From Bacteroidales bacterium UBA3696 (GTDB lineage Bacteria; Bacteroidota; Bacteroidia; Bacteroidales; Paludibacteraceae), in the NCBI GenBank assembly GCA_002372135.1, contig DFIN01000001.1:478-64477 (forward strand): a DNA stretch of 64,000 nucleotides, given 5' to 3'. Shown one piece after another: positions 63,837 through 64,000 of this stretch (the first letter of the stretch is position 1; the number at the start of each line of letters is the position of its first letter). Under the pieces are notes generated by a model. The model was not told where the DNA came from, ran no database searches, and was given only the letters and a program-made list of their open reading frames with translations. A program made the position numbers and the translations under genes.

Positions 63837-64000
63837 ATGAACCGTATTCACACATATCTGCTCTTGCTCCTTGTATGCTGTTGCACGGCATGCAGTGAGT
63901 ACCAGAAAGTGCTCAAATCCAAAGACCCCGAACTCAAGTACGAGAAGGCTTTGGACTACTTTAACAGCAAAGAGTATGTGCGCTCGCAGACTCTGTTGGA
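63837..64000 (+). CDS. bamD: outer membrane protein assembly factor BamD, N-terminal fragment
   Basis: MNRIHTYLLLLLVCCCTACSEYQKVLKSKDPELKYEKALDYFNSKEYVRSQTLL. Lipobox plus the typical BamD/YfiO opening TPR. Truncated by the window end. Confidence 0.7.
   Translation, partial: MNRIHTYLLLLLVCCCTACSEYQKVLKSKDPELKYEKALDYFNSKEYVRSQTLL

Noticed and set aside
1-64000. All frame disruptions explained as homopolymer sequencing errors.
   Set aside because: Several other long homopolymers are in frame, including A8 at 27745-27752 and A7 at 46640-46646, and an 11.6-kb ORF is intact. Several breaks are not at homopolymers. Error cannot be excluded without reads.

Overview
This window looks like Bacteroidales (Prevotellaceae-like) chromosome, roughly 50% GC by eye. 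The evidence is TAnnTTTG promoter boxes, T9SS-type C-terminal tails, a TonB-dependent receptor/DUF4249 pair and lpxB-surE-glmM synteny.

Housekeeping genes:
- lpxB, surE, glmM, rfbA, gpmI, udk, nadD, apbE, a bamD fragment, hsp20, split chrA and tRNA-Gly(CCC).

Four accessory blocks stand out:
1. **VTC operon (9.2-16.5 kb).** A tightly coupled, AraC-adjacent operon pairs a VTC (polyphosphate-polymerase-like) enzyme and a DUF4956 membrane protein with an outer-membrane barrel candidate. It also carries three exported Cthe_2159-like beta-helix proteins. I read this as a candidate envelope polyphosphate/polyanion system.
2. **AT-rich island (26.0-34.2 kb).** It carries hipBA plus an eight-gene carrier-protein operon: DltA-like adenylase, GNAT, two carrier proteins, KAS III, SDR, LbH acyltransferase and DUF354. 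No glycan-assembly genes are nearby.
3. **Giant surface protein (48.0-59.6 kb).** An intact 3857-aa protein combines InlB-B repeats with FISUMP/DUF1566-like modules. Upstream lies a 287-bp segment flanked by two palindromic recombinase-type sites with mutually inverted spacers, enclosing a promoter. A terminator-like leader hairpin follows.
4. **Disrupted surface-protein genes.** Three large surface-protein genes and one T9SS-tailed exported-protein gene are broken, several at homopolymer tracts and one by an in-frame TGA.

Five exported proteins share a short extreme C-terminal tail, K-h-x-x-(N/D)-G-x-h-h-I-x-(R/K)-x-(G/N)-x-x-(Y/F)-(N/T)-x-x-G. No rRNA, CRISPR array, transposase, integrase or reverse transcriptase was seen.
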